A stretch of 64,000 nt of DNA from Candidatus Chisholmbacteria bacterium (lineage in GTDB: Bacteria > Patescibacteriota > Microgenomatia > UBA1400 > Chisholmbacteraceae): contig CAVPHZ010000001.1 of assembly GCA_963704905.1 (NCBI GenBank), positions 451,438-515,437 on the forward strand. Reading direction: 5' to 3'. Positions within the stretch are counted from its first letter, which is position 1; the number at the start of each line of letters is the position of its first letter. The position numbers and the translations under genes were made by a program. Positions 8,392 to 18,074 of this stretch are shown piece after piece. Under the pieces are notes generated by a model. It was not told the origin of the DNA and did no database searches. It saw nothing but the letters and a program-made list of their open reading frames with translations.

Positions 8392-10713
8392 ATGTCAGAG
8401 CTAAAACTTTTGCCCAGGACTATTCAGCGCACAGGTGTACCTCTCCGCAGGAAAACTAATGGATTTGCACCGAATGGTTTTCATCCCCAGCAGCTTAATT
8501 GGGTCATTCCCAATGGGGAAGTAAAACATATAAACGGTTTCGTTACCGAACCACATCCAGTTGTTGGTTGGGAGCAGAAGCGAATGAAAAAACGGATGCG
8601 GTTTGCATCTAGGTCTCTATCCACTGGATTGGGGCGTGCGGTTGCGAAGCGAACCATCCTGCGTGGTGAGGAAACATGGGAGGATGTTGCGGAACGGGTT
8701 GCAATTGGAAATACTTCGCTTCTTCCATCACATATGAGAACGCATGGAAAGGAAGAGTATGAGCTTCTAAAAAAACATGTTGCCAATGCGTCCTTGTTGA
8801 TGAGCGGTCGACATTTGCAACATGGAGATGCAACACAAGCAACTCGGAATATGGAGGTGTTTACCAACTGCTCGACAGCTTCAGTGACGTTTATTCTCTT
8901 CTATTTACTCTTAAACGGTTCTGGTGTTGGACGAAGCTATGATGATGATATGTGTGTAGTTGATTGGGACTATATGCCGATTGTACGGTGTGTGTTGAAT
9001 GATAAGCACCCCGATTTTGTTTGGGGTGAGAATGAATCGGTGCGCGAGGCCAGGCATAAATATAACAAGGTGTATTGGTTCGAAGTACCTGACTCGCGAG
9101 AGGGATGGGCACAAGCGATTGAGAAAATAGAGGTGATGGCGTTTGAGCGAAAGTATAAGGATGAGGTGTTGGTTTTAGATTTTTCTAAGGTTCGTGAGAA
9201 GGGTCAGCCCATCCGAGGGATGCAGAACCGGCCGGCATCGGGACCAAAACCTCTGATGCATGCAATAGATAAACTTTCAACGATAAAAAATGCCGGCATG
9301 AAACCGTGGAAGCAGGCGATATTTGCAGATCATTACCTGGCTGAATGTGTATTGGTGGGTGGTGCTCGACGAGCGGCGCGGATTGCTACGAAGACGTGGA
9401 ACGATTCTGATATTTTTGAGTTTATTAATATCAAAAAGGGTGGGTTTTTGTGGAGCGCGAACAACAGCGTGGCTGTGGATGATAAATTCTGGCAATTTAA
9501 AACCAAACATGCGAAAAAGGTGTTTGATGCGGTGATGCACGCCAGCTATCATCATGATACGGGTGAGCCAGGGTTTGTGAATCAACATCGGTTTGTCCAA
9601 AACGATGATAAGTACGATGGGTATTTGGATGGGAAGTTTGCTGTTAGTAACAAATACAAGCCAGGGAAGCAAACACAGAAGATGCTTTCATCAATTGCTA
9701 AAACAGCTTCTTCAAAGCTCTACACCCAAATTCCAAACCCCTGCGGAGAGATAACGCTAAATATGCTTGGCGGATATTGTGTGATTGGTGATGTTGTACC
9801 TTACTTTGCTCCGGACGTCGATGCAGCAGAAGAAGCATATAGAGTGATGACACGGGCACTCATGCGGGTGAATACTATGGATTCGCTTTATAACCGAGAA
9901 GTACAGCGGACGAACAGGATAGGGGTGGGAATGACCGGGATTCATGAGTTTGCCTGGAATTCATTTGGGTATGGTTTCTACGATCTTATTGATGAGGAAA
10001 AGAGTAAAGACTTTTGGAATACACTCTCACGATTCAAGCGAGCGGTGAATGATGAAGCTGAGAAGTATAGCAAGTTTTTAGGGCTTTCAGCACCTCATAC
10101 CAATACGACGATAAAACCGGCTGGAACGACATCAAAACTTTTTGGTCTGAGTGAAGGCGCTCATCTCCCTGCGATGCGTGAGTACATTCGCTGGGTGCAG
10201 TTTCGTAATGACGATCCCCTAGTAAAGCGTTATGAAAAAATGGGTTATCCCGTGAAGCGGTTGAAGACCTATGAAGGTACAACGGTAATTGGATTTCCAA
10301 CTCAACCGGAGACTTGCAGACTTAAGATGGGGAATAAGCTCGTAACTGCCGCAGAAGCAACACCGGAAGAGCAGTTTAAGTGGCTGATGCTTCTTGAAAA
10401 ATATTGGATTGTGGGAGTGGATGAAGAGGGTGTTCCACTTCCAGACACTGGGAATCAAGTATCATACACACTCAAATACAAGAAAGAAAATATCAGTTTC
10501 AGAAAATATAAAAACTTGATGCGGAAGTATCAATCACAAGTGAAATGCGTGAGTGTGATGCCACAGCAAGATGTCACGGCATATGAGTATCAGCCGGAGG
10601 AGGCGGTGACGATTGCTGATTTCATGAAGGTATTGAGCGAAGTCACTGGTGAGATGGATGAGGATATCGATTTGGAAGCGTTGCAATGTGACGCAGGTGC
10701 GTGTCCAATATGA
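8392..10713 (+). CDS. nrdJ: Class II (AdoCbl-dependent) ribonucleotide reductase, monomeric RTPR/NrdJm-like, divergent
   Basis: FTNCS, LLNGSGVG, DSREGW, VGGARRAA, GEPG, NPCGEI, NRIGVGMTG, TTIKPAGTTS, C-terminal CDAGACPI; no ATP cone. Confidence 0.85.
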   Translation: MSELKLLPRTIQRTGVPLRRKTNGFAPNGFHPQQLNWVIPNGEVKHINGFVTEPHPVVGWEQKRMKKRMRFASRSLSTGLGRAVAKRTILRGEETWEDVAERVAIGNTSLLPSHMRTHGKEEYELLKKHVANASLLMSGRHLQHGDATQATRNMEVFTNCSTASVTFILFYLLLNGSGVGRSYDDDMCVVDWDYMPIVRCVLNDKHPDFVWGENESVREARHKYNKVYWFEVPDSREGWAQAIEKIEVMAFERKYKDEVLVLDFSKVREKGQPIRGMQNRPASGPKPLMHAIDKLSTIKNAGMKPWKQAIFADHYLAECVLVGGARRAARIATKTWNDSDIFEFINIKKGGFLWSANNSVAVDDKFWQFKTKHAKKVFDAVMHASYHHDTGEPGFVNQHRFVQNDDKYDGYLDGKFAVSNKYKPGKQTQKMLSSIAKTASSKLYTQIPNPCGEITLNMLGGYCVIGDVVPYFAPDVDAAEEAYRVMTRALMRVNTMDSLYNREVQRTNRIGVGMTGIHEFAWNSFGYGFYDLIDEEKSKDFWNTLSRFKRAVNDEAEKYSKFLGLSAPHTNTTIKPAGTTSKLFGLSEGAHLPAMREYIRWVQFRNDDPLVKRYEKMGYPVKRLKTYEGTTVIGFPTQPETCRLKMGNKLVTAAEATPEEQFKWLMLLEKYWIVGVDEEGVPLPDTGNQVSYTLKYKKENISFRKYKNLMRKYQSQVKCVSVMPQQDVTAYEYQPEEAVTIADFMKVLSEVTGEMDEDIDLEALQCDAGACPI

Positions 10714-10745
10714 TGGAAGGTAATTTAAGAGTTAGCGATCGAAGG

Positions 10746-10767
10746 CTCCGCTTGAGCGGAGTTTTTT
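10746..10767 (+). terminator. Intrinsic terminator
   Basis: CTCCGC-TTGA-GCGGAG followed by T6. Confidence 0.85.
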
Positions 10768-10799
10768 ATTTGTTGTGATAAACGCGATACAATCCAGAT

Positions 10800-11222
10800 A
10801 TGAAATTTCGGTTGACGGTGAATGCAGCGATTTTCAATAAAGACGGGGAAGTGCTTCTTTGCAAAATGCCTAAGAATCAAGGTGTTTATCCTGGACAATG
10901 GGCGCTGCCGGGCGGTGGGATGGAAGAGGATGAGCAGATGCTTGATGCCTTGAAGCGGGAGATTAAGGAGGAAGTTGGTTTGGATGTTACTGATATTGTT
11001 CCCATACATTTTCAAGATGATGAGCGGATAAAATTATTGCGAAATGGCGGAGAAGAAGCAGTGTATATGATCCATCTTGTTTTTCAAGCAAAGGCGGATT
11101 CGAATAGCGTCACAATAAATGATGAGTTTGAGGATTATGCATGGGTTGGAAAAAGAGATTTAACAAAGTACGATTTAAATAGAGCAACAATAAATACATT
11201 TACACAATTAGGATGGATATGA
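10800..11222 (+). CDS. nudI: Nudix nucleoside triphosphatase, NudI-like
   Basis: LLCKM..GVYPGQWALPGGGME..ALKREIKEEVG, YMIHLVF, INDEF..YAWV closely follow NudI motifs. Confidence 0.8.
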   Translation: MKFRLTVNAAIFNKDGEVLLCKMPKNQGVYPGQWALPGGGMEEDEQMLDALKREIKEEVGLDVTDIVPIHFQDDERIKLLRNGGEEAVYMIHLVFQAKADSNSVTINDEFEDYAWVGKRDLTKYDLNRATINTFTQLGWI

Positions 11223-11617
11223 AACGGATAAAAGTTGGTGTTTTGTTACTATTGCTGCTTCTTGTTCTCCTTTGGTTATTTTTCTACTTCCGCGAAATTT
11301 TACACAAAGAGATGTTGTCATTTGAAGAGCATCCACTCAATTTCTGCAGTGTTCATGAGGATTGTTTTATTTACTCGTACTCAAATTGTGGTTGCACTGC
11401 TCGCCATGCTATTAATATCCAATACGAGAATGATAAAGATGTGCTTGAGAAATATTACCCAATTACACCTAAGGAAGAATGTACTGCTGTTTGTGGAACT
11501 AGTGCTCCAGGTACATATCAAGCCTTTTGTAGAGATGGTTTATGCGGTTTGCGATTTTCGTCATCTCTTGAAAAAAAATCTCGCCTAGATAAATTTTTAG
11601 ATATTCTTTATTACTAA
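11213..11617 (+). CDS. Membrane-anchored Cys-rich hypothetical protein
   Basis: Hydrophobic N-terminal segment then 8 cysteines; overlaps the nudI stop. Confidence 0.65.
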   Translation: MDMKRIKVGVLLLLLLLVLLWLFFYFREILHKEMLSFEEHPLNFCSVHEDCFIYSYSNCGCTARHAINIQYENDKDVLEKYYPITPKEECTAVCGTSAPGTYQAFCRDGLCGLRFSSSLEKKSRLDKFLDILYY

Positions 11618-11628
11618 ACTGGCTCAGC

Positions 11629-12075
11629 ATGAGAATTCAGCTCAAACACGGAGAGAAATGTGATCATTGTGGGTTACGGTATGTCCGTGATGTGGCTGCG
11701 GATGCGATTGCAGTTGCTGATGGAAAGATTGCTTTAATTAAGCGTAGTAAGGAGCCCAGTAAAGGTATGTGGGCATTGCCTGGTGGAATGTTAGATTGGG
11801 ATGAGAGCGCGGAGGAGGCGGTGGTAAGGGAGTTTGAAGAAGAGACTAGTCTCAAAGGTAAGTTGGGACGTTTTGTTGGTGTCTACTCTGATCCGAATAG
11901 AGATTCATTTCAACGGGTGGCGGTTGTGTATGAGGTTGTGGTTGTGGGTGGGAAGCTCAATGCTAGTGATGATGCAGCAGATGCCAAGTGGTTTCCGCTT
12001 GATGATTTACCGGAGTTAGCTGTGGATCATGGGAAGATGGTGGAGGATTACAAGCGAATAGTAGAGAGTGAATGA
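11629..12075 (+). CDS. Nudix hydrolase (ADP-ribose pyrophosphatase-like)
   Basis: CDHCG, WALPGGMLDWDESAEEAVVREFEEET Nudix box, YSDPNRD, ASDDA, LAVDH. Confidence 0.9.
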   Translation: MRIQLKHGEKCDHCGLRYVRDVAADAIAVADGKIALIKRSKEPSKGMWALPGGMLDWDESAEEAVVREFEEETSLKGKLGRFVGVYSDPNRDSFQRVAVVYEVVVVGGKLNASDDAADAKWFPLDDLPELAVDHGKMVEDYKRIVESE

Positions 12076-12401
12076 TGAAATTTGAAGAGATTGTAAAGAA
12101 AACTAAAGAGTTAGATAGCATGTTTAAACAACGGTTTGATACGCGAGATCGGGCGTTGGATTTGGTTGAAGAGGTGGGAGAACTGGCTCAGGCGATGCAG
12201 ATATTTGAAAAGCGGAAGCTAACGAATGATCCAAGCAAGAGAAGAAGCAAAAAAGATCTAGCTGACGCCCTTGCTGATATTTTGTATGATGTCATTCTGC
12301 TTGCAGGGCAATATGAGATCAATCTCGAAAAAGAGTATATTGAGATGCTTGAGCGATTGAAAGAAAGAGTTGGTAGAGGAGAATTTGATGGCAATGAATG
12401 A
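12072..12401 (+). CDS. MazG-like NTP pyrophosphohydrolase
   Basis: LVEEVGELAQA ... LADALADIL motif; ATGA overlap with upstream gene. Confidence 0.85.
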   Translation: MMKFEEIVKKTKELDSMFKQRFDTRDRALDLVEEVGELAQAMQIFEKRKLTNDPSKRRSKKDLADALADILYDVILLAGQYEINLEKEYIEMLERLKERVGRGEFDGNE

Positions 12402-12461
12402 CACCAAGATAACTGTTGATGACAATCAAGAAGGTTAATTTTTTAAAAACTCAATTTGTTT

Positions 12462-14738
12462 ATGGATCGTTCAAAAACCTCTCTGATTAAGAAAATTCAA
12501 AAACGGAATGGACGAGTTGTTGATTTTGATGAGTTAAAAATTACCAATGCGATAACGCTTGCTGGTGAGCGGACCGGAGAGATTGGATCATTGGAGGCGA
12601 AACGATTGACTGGGATTGTTGTCCATCTTCTCGGTAAGGCGAATGGTGATCATATTCCTACAGTTGAGTATGTTCAAGATACGGTTGAGCAAGTGCTGAT
12701 GGCAGCGTCACATTTTCAGACTGCAAAAGCGTACATTATTTTTCGAAAAGATCAGGCTCAGCTTCGTGCAGCGCGCCACGTCATTGGAGTGGAAGATGAT
12801 TTGGGAATGACTGTCAATGCCCTTAAAGCAATGGCTAGGCGGTATTTGACACAAGATGCGAAGGGTAACGTGATTGAAACGCCAAGGCAGGCAGTTGAAC
12901 GGGTTGCACGAACGGTTGCCTCTGCAGAACACACCAAGAAAAAAACCTGGGAAAAGAAGTTTGCGGAGATGATTGGCAGTTTTCGATTTGTACCGGCCGG
13001 GTGTTATTTTCGTGGTGCAGGGAGAAAACGCGGTTTACTGGCGAATTGCTTTGTGTTACCTGTCGAAGATGATATGACGAAGATTTTCGACTCGGTGAAA
13101 TGGACGGCACTTATTCATCAAGCTGGTGGCGGAACCGGATATAACTTTTCAAAGTTGCGACCGAAAGGCGATGTGGTTAGTGGAGGTGGCTTTGCTTCTG
13201 GACCAGTATCTTTCATGAAAGCGTTTGATGCGGCAACGGAAATTGTCATGCTGGGAGGCCGTCACCGTGGGGCGAATATGGGAATTCTCAATGCTGATCA
13301 TCCTGATATTTATGATTTCATTACCTGTAAGACTCAAGAGGGGCAGATTAGTAATTTCAATATTTCAATTGGAGCGAGTGATGCGTTTATGGAAGCAGTT
13401 TCAAAAGATAAAGCCTGGAAGCTTTTGAATCCCCGAACTGGTGAGGTGGTCCGTACTGTGGGAGCCAAAAGCATCTTTGATCAAGCTGTAGCGCTCGCAT
13501 GGAAGACGGGAGATCCCGGGATGATTTATCTTGATACGATTAATAAAAATAATGCACTGTATGATGCCTTGGGCCCGATTGATGCAACCAACCCTTGCGG
13601 TGAGCAGCCTCTCCATCCATTTGACGTTTGTAATTTGGGATCGATTAATCTTGCTAGCATGGTTTTGGGAGGGATGGGAAATGGTGTGGTCCGAAGGAGT
13701 GTCGATTGGAAGGGGCTTGAAGAAACTACAAGACTTGCAGTTCGGTTTTTGGATGATGGGATCGATGCAAGTGATTATCCCATTGCTCAAATTGATCAGA
13801 TGGCAAAACGGATTCGTCGAATCGGTATGGGAGTAATGGGTTGGGCGGATATGTTGCTACAGCTACGGATTCGATATGACTCTAATGAAGCTGTGAAGCT
13901 GGCAGAAAAGGTGATGCACTTCATTCAACAGGTGAGTTGGGAAGAAAGCGCAAAGCTGGCTCGCGAGAAGGGTGCATTCCCGCTATGGAAAGAGAGTCAG
14001 TATGCAAAACGACATCCAGTTTTAAGCAAGCGTGGTGCGAAGCGGGGAGTAAAAGTACGTAATGTTGCCATTACCACAATTGCTCCAACAGGAACTATCA
14101 GTATGCTTGCAGATTGTAGCTCGGGTATTGAGCCAGTGTTTGCACTGGCGTATGTTAAAAATGTGATAGACCAACACGGATTGACGTATACGAATAAGTA
14201 TTTTGTACATGAGCTACGATCTACTCTGGGAGATAGTCGAACTGCTCGAGTGGACGATGTCTTACATGATGTATCCAAAACTGGGAGTGTTTCGCATGTA
14301 ACCGGCGTACAAAAATGGATCAAGAGTGTATTTCGGACAGCCCACGATATTTCTCCAGCATGGCATGTGAAGATGCAAGCGGCTTTTCAGAAACATACTG
14401 ACAATGCGGTAAGCAAAACCATCAATTTTGCAGAGTCGGCGACTATTGAAGATATTGAAAAAGCATATTTAACTGCGTGGGAGATGGGTTGCAAAGGCAT
14501 TACTATTTATCGTGATAAGAGCAAGAGCGTTCAGATATTGCAAACTGATACTACTGAGACGACCAAAGAGACTCCAATACAGAGCAAAATTTCAATTACC
14601 CCACTGGCTCTTCAGGCAGAGGTTTCTGGAAATGAGGGACAACAAGAAGATATGTGTCCCGAGTGCGGTGGATTTATGTATTTTGCGGAAGGGTGTAGCA
14701 CTTGTCAGCAGTGCGGGTATAGCAAGTGTGAAGTGTAG
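12462..14738 (+). CDS. nrdJ: Class II AdoCbl-dependent ribonucleoside-diphosphate reductase with ATP cone and C-terminal zinc ribbon
   Basis: IQKRNGRVVDFD ATP cone; ANCFV, GGGTG, RGANM, NPCGEQPL, CNLGSINL, IAPTGT, CPECG..CQQCGYSKC. Confidence 0.93.
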   Translation: MDRSKTSLIKKIQKRNGRVVDFDELKITNAITLAGERTGEIGSLEAKRLTGIVVHLLGKANGDHIPTVEYVQDTVEQVLMAASHFQTAKAYIIFRKDQAQLRAARHVIGVEDDLGMTVNALKAMARRYLTQDAKGNVIETPRQAVERVARTVASAEHTKKKTWEKKFAEMIGSFRFVPAGCYFRGAGRKRGLLANCFVLPVEDDMTKIFDSVKWTALIHQAGGGTGYNFSKLRPKGDVVSGGGFASGPVSFMKAFDAATEIVMLGGRHRGANMGILNADHPDIYDFITCKTQEGQISNFNISIGASDAFMEAVSKDKAWKLLNPRTGEVVRTVGAKSIFDQAVALAWKTGDPGMIYLDTINKNNALYDALGPIDATNPCGEQPLHPFDVCNLGSINLASMVLGGMGNGVVRRSVDWKGLEETTRLAVRFLDDGIDASDYPIAQIDQMAKRIRRIGMGVMGWADMLLQLRIRYDSNEAVKLAEKVMHFIQQVSWEESAKLAREKGAFPLWKESQYAKRHPVLSKRGAKRGVKVRNVAITTIAPTGTISMLADCSSGIEPVFALAYVKNVIDQHGLTYTNKYFVHELRSTLGDSRTARVDDVLHDVSKTGSVSHVTGVQKWIKSVFRTAHDISPAWHVKMQAAFQKHTDNAVSKTINFAESATIEDIEKAYLTAWEMGCKGITIYRDKSKSVQILQTDTTETTKETPIQSKISITPLALQAEVSGNEGQQEDMCPECGGFMYFAEGCSTCQQCGYSKCEV

Positions 14739-15959
14739 TTAGGTATACAGCTGCATTAGTTCTTCGAGCACTTCATGTTTATTTCTTGGTGCGAGGATAT
14801 AGTCTTGAAGTTGCGGATCTTCTTTTACTGCTTGCATTGATTTGAATGCTACCTCTCTAGCGAAAAAGGCTAACATCTCTTCGATTTCAATGACTTCTAC
14901 ACTTATTGGTAAAAAATGTTGTTTTTCTGCTGCTTGCGGGAGTGAGTTTGTGTAGATGAGAGCTTTAATTGTTCCAACATCTCCTATGGCAGCGAGGTTC
15001 TTCATATATTCTCCGCTTAAGACTCCATGTGAGAGCACTACTATAGTTTCCGGCGATCCATAGCTATGGAGACCTTTTCCTGTCGTTAGCATTGATTGAA
15101 AACTTGCTCCGACATCATCATATACTATGGTTCTTTTTCCTTGAGGGTTTCCAAGAACAATATCCTGGGATGTAACTTTTCCGGCTTCCGGTCTATCCTT
15201 TTTTAAGACCGTTAACCCAATATTTAAGTTAGTTCTATAGTTGAGAATGTTTACGAGGTTATGGCAGGCTTGTGCAGCACCAATATCGAGTGCAACGATA
15301 TCTGTATTCCCATCTACCCAACCATACTTGATTAACCAATCTGCAGCAATCGGTGCTGTTGAGAGGCACAGTGTCTCCATGTTTTCTTCAAAGAAATCAA
15401 CGGCTTCTTTGCTGTGAGGGTGAGTAAAGATTACTTCGGAATATCCAACCGATGCCATAGTATAGGCTGCAATTTGCGCTGTCACAGCCTCTCTGGCTTC
15501 TTGTTGCCAATATTTTCTCATTCTTTTGGGGCTGTTTACATCTTCGCGAAGTTCAGCGTAGGGAAGTACAGCGATTAATCTATCTGTGAGTGTTTGCTCA
15601 TTACTGTGTCGGCTTTGAGTAAATGCGTTACCGACTTCGAATATGCTCCACATTGCCTCTGGAAATGGGGGGGCTAACCACATTGGAGCAATGACACAAT
15701 CTGAGCGAAAATTTGAATCCCGTTCGAGAGCAGCATAGAGGGGAGAATTGTCAGAAAATCTGTCAGTATGGCCAATTGGAAGTCTTCTTCCCGGTATTGT
15801 TTGATTGTTTTCGTCTGTTGCTGCAAGATTGACAATTCTCCTGTAGAAATCGTGGTGATATTTGGAGAAGTATGGATGATAAGCAACGGAAATTCTTTGT
15901 CCTTCGGGAGGATGTTGATGCTCTAAGCTTAAGTTTCTTGATCGTTCTGGGTTGGTCAT
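14739..15959 (-). CDS. Divergent ribose-phosphate pyrophosphokinase (PRPP synthetase)-like protein
   Basis: AVLPY..RED, REAVTAQIAA, HPHS, VALDIGA, KKDRPEAG, IVYDDVGAS, LSHGVLSG, YTNSLP match the Prs layout. Confidence 0.7.
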   Translation of the reverse strand: MTNPERSRNLSLEHQHPPEGQRISVAYHPYFSKYHHDFYRRIVNLAATDENNQTIPGRRLPIGHTDRFSDNSPLYAALERDSNFRSDCVIAPMWLAPPFPEAMWSIFEVGNAFTQSRHSNEQTLTDRLIAVLPYAELREDVNSPKRMRKYWQQEAREAVTAQIAAYTMASVGYSEVIFTHPHSKEAVDFFEENMETLCLSTAPIAADWLIKYGWVDGNTDIVALDIGAAQACHNLVNILNYRTNLNIGLTVLKKDRPEAGKVTSQDIVLGNPQGKRTIVYDDVGASFQSMLTTGKGLHSYGSPETIVVLSHGVLSGEYMKNLAAIGDVGTIKALIYTNSLPQAAEKQHFLPISVEVIEIEEMLAFFAREVAFKSMQAVKEDPQLQDYILAPRNKHEVLEELMQLYT

Positions 15960-16075
15960 TCTGCAGGGCAGTTTTGTTTCTTGTAACTCTTTTAGTTGTC
16001 GACGTCAAGGTGTAATGATGGTAGATTTTTCAAGTTCTTCACTCAGTTTGATTCCTGATCTGTTAGCATGTGACT

Positions 16076-16700
16076 ATGAAACTTGTTTTAGCTTCGGGAT
16101 CGGAACGTAGGCGACACCTTCTTTCATGGCTTAAGATTCCTTTTGAGGTGGTTGTTTCTGACTTTGACGAATCTTCTGTTACGAGGATAAAATCCATCAA
16201 CATTGGTGGAGCGATTAGCAATCGAGAAGGCAAAGGTGGTTGCACGACAATTTCGGAAACATGATGCACTTATCATTGGGTCGGATACGATTGTTCATGT
16301 CGATGGAGAGATTGTTGGGAAGCCAAGGGATAAAAAGGATGCGGTGCGCATTTTGAAAAAACTATCTGGTAAAACGCATAAGGTGTATACAGGTGTTTCG
16401 GTTATCAACGCTCGGACCGGAAAGATAGTTTCAGGAGTTGATCGAACTTCAGTGACGTTTCGAAAACTTACTCGTAAACAAATTCGTGAGTATGTTGCAA
16501 CCGGGGAACCTTTAGATAAGGGTGGGGCGTATGCGATTCAGATGGGGGCGGCTGATTTTGTTGAAAAGGTCGATGGCAGTTACACTAATGTGGTTGGTTT
16601 ACCACTATTAGTATTACAACGATTGTTAGAGCAGCAAGGATTCATTATTAGAGATGATGTTTCTCGAATTATTTTTTCGCATACCGATTATTATAGCTAA
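16076..16700 (+). CDS. maf: Maf-family nucleoside triphosphate pyrophosphatase, split by a frameshift near 16190
   Basis: MKLVLASGSERRRHLL in one frame; LAIEKAK, IIGSDTIV, LSGKTHKV, GEPLDKGGAYAIQ, NVVGLP in the next frame. Confidence 0.88.
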
Positions 16701-16764
16701 CACCTTCGTCTTGTTGATTTTGCTATACTCAAAATACTATTAATTACGCACGAAAGAGTTTGAT

Positions 16765-17457
16765 ATGGCAAATCAAAAGAAACGTGATCCACTTTCTAAA
16801 CTTTCTTTTACTACGTTCTTTTTGATAGTTATCAGCCTTGCATTAGCAAATTGGCTACTTGATAGTCCGTTTAATTTTTCTATTTTTGCTACGAGGATTG
16901 GGAAGTTTTCAAAAGAATTAACTCCTTATACTTTTGAGTTACATCCTGGTTGGAATTTTATAGCTCTTCCAGTTCATGCGCGTCAGACTGCGAGGAAAGC
17001 CTGCCGCGAGATTTCTGGAAGCGTTTATATAGCCAAATGGACTGATCAAGATTGGGAGTACTATGATTGCTCTGAAAGACGGGCACGGAATAATTATTCA
17101 CTTGACCCTCATCGCGGATATTTTATTCAAGTTGAAGGTCCAGCAACTTGGATAGTAGAAGGCATTGAGACAGAGCCTGTTTATGCGTTGGTGGAGGGTT
17201 GGAACTCCTGGGGAGTGCCGATGGCCGGTGAGATTGAGATCAAAGCACAAAGCCTCTGTGGTCCGTTCACTGGTGGGGAGTTTGCTGTTACGGAAGTTGA
17301 ACGATGGCTCAATGGTGGTTGGGATGCGCATATTTGCACCCTATCGAATTTGAATAACTATGTTCTTGAAAAAGGAGCAGGGTATTTTATTAGAGCGGTT
17401 CTGGTTGGGGGCTCAAACACTCAACAGACTCCGGTTCCTGCCCTGAAGACTCAGTAA
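16765..17457 (+). CDS. Exported hypothetical protein with two internal repeats
   Basis: N-terminal TM; LHPGWNFIALP..C..W..W..C..GYFI repeated as LVEGWNSWGVP..C..W..W..C..GYFI. Confidence 0.75.
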   Translation: MANQKKRDPLSKLSFTTFFLIVISLALANWLLDSPFNFSIFATRIGKFSKELTPYTFELHPGWNFIALPVHARQTARKACREISGSVYIAKWTDQDWEYYDCSERRARNNYSLDPHRGYFIQVEGPATWIVEGIETEPVYALVEGWNSWGVPMAGEIEIKAQSLCGPFTGGEFAVTEVERWLNGGWDAHICTLSNLNNYVLEKGAGYFIRAVLVGGSNTQQTPVPALKTQ

Positions 17458-17519
17458 GCAGTTCTTCTATTTGTCCAGCTTTTCTTCGAGCGTTTTTCTT
17501 GATGTGTTACACTTGCGGC

Positions 17520-18062
17520 ATGAAGAGATTTAGAAAGCATGTGACGACAAAAACAGGAAAAAAAATCATTTTGCGTGGACCGCGGAAGAGTGATGTTGAT
17601 GGGCTTCTTTACTACATTAACGCTTTAGTTGATGAGGATACATTTATCTCGGTAGTAGAGAAAGTAACAAGAGAACAAGAGGAAAAGTATGTTAATAAAC
17701 TTCTGAAATCTGCTAAGGAAAACAATATTGTTTGTGTACTTGCAGAATATCAGGGAACAATTATTTCCAATAGCAGTATCGAGCGAGTTGGCGGACGACA
17801 AGCTCATGTCGGAGTGTTTGGGATTGCGATTTCTAAAGGATTTCGAAATGAGGGGTTAGGCTCTATTGTTATCGAGGAGCTGATAAAACTTGCAAAAGAA
17901 CAAATGAAGCTGAAGATTGTTTATCTTCCGATGTTTGCTCATAATGAGCGAGCACGGTATGTGTATGAGAAGATGGGTTTTGCTGAATGCGGACGTATCC
18001 CTAAGGCAGTTTTACATCAGAATCAATATGTTGATTATGTCTATATGTACAGGGAGTTATAA
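17520..18062 (+). CDS. GNAT N-acetyltransferase (RimJ/RimL-like)
   Basis: FGIAISKGFRNEGLGS, HNERARYVYEKMGF. Confidence 0.9.
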   Translation: MKRFRKHVTTKTGKKIILRGPRKSDVDGLLYYINALVDEDTFISVVEKVTREQEEKYVNKLLKSAKENNIVCVLAEYQGTIISNSSIERVGGRQAHVGVFGIAISKGFRNEGLGSIVIEELIKLAKEQMKLKIVYLPMFAHNERARYVYEKMGFAECGRIPKAVLHQNQYVDYVYMYREL

Positions 18063-18074
18063 GATAAGCAAAAA

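Noticed and set aside
14005-14060. NrdJ segment HPVLSKRG resembling the GT4 insertion peptide PVLSRRG
   Set aside because: Codons differ (AGC versus TCA for Ser) and no hairpin is present; likely coincidence
8392-14738. Inteins or introns in the RNR genes
   Set aside because: Both ORFs are continuous, of ordinary length and lack intein splice or homing-endonuclease motifs
10800-16700. Modified-base (dZ-type) genome biosynthesis cluster
   Set aside because: No PurZ/adenylosuccinate-synthetase-like, DatZ-like HD or dedicated polymerase gene; the enzymes fit ordinary pool sanitation
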